The position numbers and the translations under genes were made by a program. Below, one piece after another: positions 59,643 to 64,000 of a stretch of DNA of 64,000 nt. The notes beneath the pieces were generated by a model. It made no database searches. It was given only the letters and a program-made list of their open reading frames with translations, and was not told the origin of the DNA. The stretch comes from Longimicrobiales bacterium (GTDB taxonomy: Bacteria > Gemmatimonadota > Gemmatimonadetes > Longimicrobiales > Gaopeijiaceae): the NCBI GenBank assembly GCA_965219445.1, contig CBDCNQ010000004.1:32001-96000 (forward strand). Reading direction: 5' to 3'. Within the stretch, counting starts at the first letter, position 1, and every line of letters starts with the position of its first letter.

Positions 59643-60602
59643 CTAAACGGTCGCCGGAGCCCCGCGCTTCTTGCGCCGCTCGCGGCCCGCAGAACCATCG
59701 CCGAACCGCTTCTGGATCTCCAGCAGGGCCGGCGAAGCCACGAAAATGGAAGAATATGTCCCGATCGTGACGCCCAGCATCAACACCATAGTGAAGTCGC
59801 GGATCACTGCGCCTCCCACGGCCAGCAGAGCCCCCAGGACCGCGAGCGTCGTCCCGGACGTGAGCACCGTCCGCGGAAGTGTCTCGTTGATCGAGCGGTT
59901 CACAAGTTCCATCGGGTCCTGCCGCCTGCCGCCCTTGGCGTTGAGATTCTCTCGCACGCGATCGAATACGACGATGGTGTCGTTGAGTGAATACCCGACG
60001 ATCGTCAGGATGGCCGCTACCGTGGGCAACGCGATCTCGACCCTGAATAACGCCAGGAAGCCGAGTGTGATCAGAATGTCGTGCACCGTCGCGATCACGG
60101 CAGCCATGCCGAAGCGAAGCTCGAATCTCATCGCGATGTAAATCAAGGTCAGGGCAAAGGAGAACAAAATGGCCAGGGCCGCGTTCCGCTCCAGCTCGGC
60201 TCCGATCTTCGGTCCCACTGTCTCGGTCCGCACGATGGTGAAAACGTCACTCCCGAACGCGGTCGCGAGTTGACCCTCGAAGCTCGCCCTTATCGTCTCC
60301 ACGCTCTCCGTCCCGAGCGGTGCGCGGATCGTAAACTCGTTCTCCTCTCCGAAGCGCGTGATGGGGGGCGCCTGCGAGCCACCGAGAGCCGTCCTCAGCT
60401 CCGCGGCCGTGGTGGGCTGGTGGAATTCCACCTGAATCAGCGAGCCGCCCGTGAAGTCCACCCCGTAGTTCTGCCAACTTCCGAGGCTGACCAGGTTGGA
60501 GATCACCGCCCCGAACCCGACGAGAATCAGCATAGAGGAAAACCCGTATGCCCACCGGCGCTTTTCGATGAAGGTGAACTCGGCTTTGTCGAACAGTCTC
60601 AT
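59643..60602 (-). CDS. secF: Protein translocase SecF
   Basis: GVDFTGG, GYSLNDTIVVFDRVRE. Confidence 0.97.
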   Translation of the reverse strand: MRLFDKAEFTFIEKRRWAYGFSSMLILVGFGAVISNLVSLGSWQNYGVDFTGGSLIQVEFHQPTTAAELRTALGGSQAPPITRFGEENEFTIRAPLGTESVETIRASFEGQLATAFGSDVFTIVRTETVGPKIGAELERNAALAILFSFALTLIYIAMRFELRFGMAAVIATVHDILITLGFLALFRVEIALPTVAAILTIVGYSLNDTIVVFDRVRENLNAKGGRRQDPMELVNRSINETLPRTVLTSGTTLAVLGALLAVGGAVIRDFTMVLMLGVTIGTYSSIFVASPALLEIQKRFGDGSAGRERRKKRGAPATV

Positions 60603-60612
60603 GGAATCCGTC

Positions 60613-62250
60613 TCAGATGCTGATCGGGTCTGATGCCTTCTTCCCCGACAGGTAGATGAGGAAGAGGGTTCGGGTCACGTACAGGGCCGAGAAGAACGAG
60701 GCCACGATCCCGATCGAAAGGGTTACCGCGAAGCCCTTCACGGGGCCCGTCCCAAACTGGAAGAGAATGAGCGCGGTGATGAGCGTCGTAATATTCGCGT
60801 CGACGATCGCGGACAACGCGTTCGCGAAACCCTCGTCCACCGCTGTCCGGGTAGCCCGTCCAAGATTCAACTCTTCACGGATCCGCTCGAAGATGAGTAC
60901 GTTCGCGTCCACGGCCATGCCGACAGACAGAATCAGACCTGCCATCCCCGGAAGCGTCAGCGTGAAGCCGAACCCCGCAAGAAGACCCAAGACCAAGGTG
61001 GCGTACACGCCCAGCGCCAATATGGCCAAGACCCCCGCCATGTGGTAGTAGAGAGCCATGATCAGGACCACGAAGACCATTCCGATGATGCCGGCGACCT
61101 GGCCCCGGTCAATGGAGTCTTGCCCGAGCGACGGTCCCACCGTCCGCTCCTCCATGATTTCCAGACGGGCGGGCAACGCACCCGCCCTGAGCACCAACGC
61201 GAGGTCGCCCGCCTCGACCATGTCGGCATTACCCATGTTTATGACGCCGGCGGCACCGATGCGATCTTGGACCACCGGCGCGCTCACGATCTCATCGTCG
61301 AGCACGATCGCGATGTAATCGCCGATATGCTGTGTGGTGAAGTTCGAAAAGCGCCGGCCTCCTGCCCTATTGAACTGGAAGGCCACCTGGGGCTGGTTGA
61401 ACTGCGGATCCCGCTGTGCTGTGGCCGTCTCCAGCATCTCTCCGGTCACGAACGGATCTTCTTCCGTGATCATTAGGCGGCGGTAGGTTCTCTGCCCGAG
61501 CCCGATCGGGACCACTTCCCAGTGGAGGGACGTATTCCTCGGAAGGGCTCGCTGCACTTCGGGCAACGCGAGGAATAGCTCGGCCACCTCAACGTCCTCG
61601 GTCCCTACCAGATAAGCGCCCTCGATGTCTCCCGAAGCAAGGAGCGACGTCAAGGGCCTGAGATTAACCGACTGATCCTCTTCTGGGGGTGCCTCTTCCA
61701 CCCCAGTGCTGTCCGCCTGGATGGAGTCCGTCGGAGTGGACTCAGCGCCCTGGCCGCCGAAAATGAGGTCCTGAATGTCCTGATTTGCGCCTTCCTCATC
61801 TCGACCGAGCGCCCGAATAGAGTCGACGCCCAACGCACCGACAATCTGGCGGTCGATCCGGGCAAGCGCAGACTCGAGCTCCGTGACCGGAAGCACGAGC
61901 TTGAACTCGAGGAACGCGGACTGCTGAATGAGGTCCTTCGCCCGACTCTCGTCGTCGAGTCCGATGCCCGGTAGCTCTACGATGATACGGTCGGATCCTA
62001 CCTTCTGGACGAGCGGCTCCTCAACGCCGAACTCGTCGATGCGGGTACGCAGGATGCGCTCGGCCCGATCGATGGCGTCGGCACGGGCCTCGGAGGTCAT
62101 CGTGCCCTCGGGATCGGCCACCTCGAGGACGAGGTGCATGCCACCCTGGAGATCCAGGCCGAGCTTGATCTCGTTGGCGACCAGATATCCTATGCTGGCC
62201 CCGACCAACGCGAGAATGACGATGATCCGGCCTCGTAGGGATGTGAACAT
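60613..62250 (-). CDS. secD: Protein translocase SecD
   Basis: LGLDLQGG, VGPSLG, GMAVDANVLIFERIREE. Confidence 0.97.
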   Translation of the reverse strand: MFTSLRGRIIVILALVGASIGYLVANEIKLGLDLQGGMHLVLEVADPEGTMTSEARADAIDRAERILRTRIDEFGVEEPLVQKVGSDRIIVELPGIGLDDESRAKDLIQQSAFLEFKLVLPVTELESALARIDRQIVGALGVDSIRALGRDEEGANQDIQDLIFGGQGAESTPTDSIQADSTGVEEAPPEEDQSVNLRPLTSLLASGDIEGAYLVGTEDVEVAELFLALPEVQRALPRNTSLHWEVVPIGLGQRTYRRLMITEEDPFVTGEMLETATAQRDPQFNQPQVAFQFNRAGGRRFSNFTTQHIGDYIAIVLDDEIVSAPVVQDRIGAAGVINMGNADMVEAGDLALVLRAGALPARLEIMEERTVGPSLGQDSIDRGQVAGIIGMVFVVLIMALYYHMAGVLAILALGVYATLVLGLLAGFGFTLTLPGMAGLILSVGMAVDANVLIFERIREELNLGRATRTAVDEGFANALSAIVDANITTLITALILFQFGTGPVKGFAVTLSIGIVASFFSALYVTRTLFLIYLSGKKASDPISI

Positions 62251-62415
62251 CAGAGCGATCCGTCTCCGGTTATGGCCGTCTCAAAGCCCAGTAACCTCGC
62301 AGGGGCGGGGCACGCCTGTCAATCTACCGTTCCTGGCCTCGGAAGGTTCGGCACATGGGCTGTTACGCGGGCTGAGGAGGGGCGCGGAAGGGTGATTTCC
62401 GGATCCCGGAAAACC

Positions 62416-64000
62416 CTACATCACCGCACGGCGGAGGACGGCTCTGACCCTCGCGAGGTACCGCTTGGAATCTGCGGTCTTCTCGAGAAAGTCGTCTGCG
62501 CCGGCTTCGAGAAGCTCCGCTTCCACCTCGTCCCCTCCGAAGGCGGTGCTGATCAGCACCGGGATGGCCGCCGTGTCCTTCGACCCCCGAATGCGATCGA
62601 GCACTTTGCGGCCGTCCATACCGGGCATCTTCAGATCCAAGATCACCAGGCTGAAGCTCGGGTCGGCTTTGAGCCTCTCTACGGCCTCGTACCCGTCCTT
62701 GGCCAGCGACACCTCGTAGCCCGCCGTCTCGAGTATCTTCGCCGCCATGAGCCGGGCTTCCTCATCGTCCTCGACCACGAGGATCCGGCTCGGGCCGCTG
62801 TCCACTTCCGGTTCGTCTTCCGCCTTTAGCTCCCCGAGCGCCCTCTCGACCTCAACCAGCGTAGTCTTGCCTTGGGTTACCCACTCGAGCGCCACCTGAT
62901 GGATCGGGCGCATCCCGCCCTGGATCGCGATACGTTGGAGCGTCTGCCAACCCTTACGAGCTTCCACCGCGGTCTGGAAGCGTGGCCCGGCAAGCATGAC
63001 TTCGTTCACCGGGATGCGGCCCTTGTAACCGGTGAACCCACACTCACCGCAGCCCACGGCCCGAACCACCGGCTCGACCTCATGCTGGTCGGTCAGTCGC
63101 TGCTCTTCGGGCGTCAAATTGCCTTGTACTGGTTCGGCGCAGGCTGCACAAACCCGCCGCAAGAGACGTTGAGCGATCGCGCCCCTCAAGGTCGAGGCGA
63201 TCGTGCCGAACGGCAGGCCAATGGTGGCCATCCGCCCAACGGCGCTCACCGCGTCGTTCGCGTGTACGGTGGCAAGCACCAGGTGGCCTGTCATCGCGGC
63301 GTGCGACGCCGTTTCGGCGGTCTCCTGGTCCCGAATTTCTCCGACCAGGATGACATCGGGGTCCTGCCTGAGGATGGCCCGAAGAGCGGCGCCAAAAGTG
63401 ACCCCCTGCTTCGTTTCCACCTGGGTTTGTGTGATTTTCGGCAGTTCGTACTCGATCGGATCCTCAACCGTCATGATGTTGACCTTACCGTCGGCCATCT
63501 CGCGTAACGCGCCGTAGAGGGTCGTCGTCTTTCCCGACCCGGTGGGGCCCGTCACCAGAACAATGCCTTCCCTCTGCTTGAGGAGCTGCCGTAAGCGGTC
63601 CAGCTCGTGGGGCGGCAGCGACAGATCGTCGAGGGTCTCCTGAGCGTTGGAGTCCAGAATACGGATGACGCACTTCTCATCGGACCTGCCTGCCGGGATC
63701 GTCGATACGCGCAGATCGTAGGATAGATTCTGGATTCTGACATGCGCCTTTCCGTCTTGGGGGCGAAGCCGGTCCGCGATATCGAGTTGGGCCAGGATCT
63801 TGATCCGCGAAATCACGCGGTTCATCGCCGCCATCGGGAGGTCCATGTGCTTTCTGAGGACCCCGTCGACCCGGTAGCGAATCACGCCGACCCGGCGGCC
63901 GGGCTCCACGTGGATGTCAGAAGCTGACTGAGCGATGGCGTCGCGAATGATGAGATTCGTGAGCTTCACAACCGGGGTCGCAGCAGCGTCTTCGGAAGAG
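62416..64000 (-). CDS. PilB/GspE-family ATPase with C-terminal receiver domain (5' end outside window)
   Basis: ASDIH, GPTGSGKTT, LRQDPD, CxxC..CxxC; REC motifs LVVEDD, LDLKMP, EK. Confidence 0.92.
   Translation of the reverse strand, partial: SSEDAAATPVVKLTNLIIRDAIAQSASDIHVEPGRRVGVIRYRVDGVLRKHMDLPMAAMNRVISRIKILAQLDIADRLRPQDGKAHVRIQNLSYDLRVSTIPAGRSDEKCVIRILDSNAQETLDDLSLPPHELDRLRQLLKQREGIVLVTGPTGSGKTTTLYGALREMADGKVNIMTVEDPIEYELPKITQTQVETKQGVTFGAALRAILRQDPDVILVGEIRDQETAETASHAAMTGHLVLATVHANDAVSAVGRMATIGLPFGTIASTLRGAIAQRLLRRVCAACAEPVQGNLTPEEQRLTDQHEVEPVVRAVGCGECGFTGYKGRIPVNEVMLAGPRFQTAVEARKGWQTLQRIAIQGGMRPIHQVALEWVTQGKTTLVEVERALGELKAEDEPEVDSGPSRILVVEDDEEARLMAAKILETAGYEVSLAKDGYEAVERLKADPSFSLVILDLKMPGMDGRKVLDRIRGSKDTAAIPVLISTAFGGDEVEAELLEAGADDFLEKTADSKRYLARVRAVLRRAVM

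Overview
GC-rich bacterial DNA, probably Gemmatimonadota (inferred from gene content, e.g. the MSDAVSRLNAALEGRY-type Ser/Thr kinase). (1) ~1-5050: decaying prophage early/replication region on the minus strand, with a DUF1376/YdaU-like initiator, a DnaB-like helicase lacking its N-domain, and two truncated DNA methyltransferases. It ends in an IS-end-like segment and an abrupt junction at ~5196 that may be a contig join. (2) 5197-14400: two convergent type IV minor-pilin sets (pilX-fimT-pilV-pilW and fimT-pilV-pilW-pilX) around a CheY-like regulator, with a sigma54-type promoter. (3) 14600-26950: accessory region 3' of tRNA-Gly/tRNA-Cys. It holds a DUF5916 protein, a DUF411 protein with an in-frame UGA at a conserved Cys plus a SECIS-like hairpin (candidate selenoprotein), a Sel1 protein, a complete IS110/IS1111-type element with a readable bridge RNA, a bactofilin-TM-3xIg-FGE fusion, an alpha/beta hydrolase and a tRNA-linked repeat. 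(4) 27400-64000: core genes recN, nadK, dxs, ispA, xseBA, folD, rny, zapA, zapB-like, pheTS, rplT, rpmI, infC, thrS, groEL/ES with CIRCE, coaX, birA, uppP, bshA, miaA, mutL, tatD, secFD and a PilB/GspE-REC fusion. All calls come from reading motifs by eye; no searches were run.
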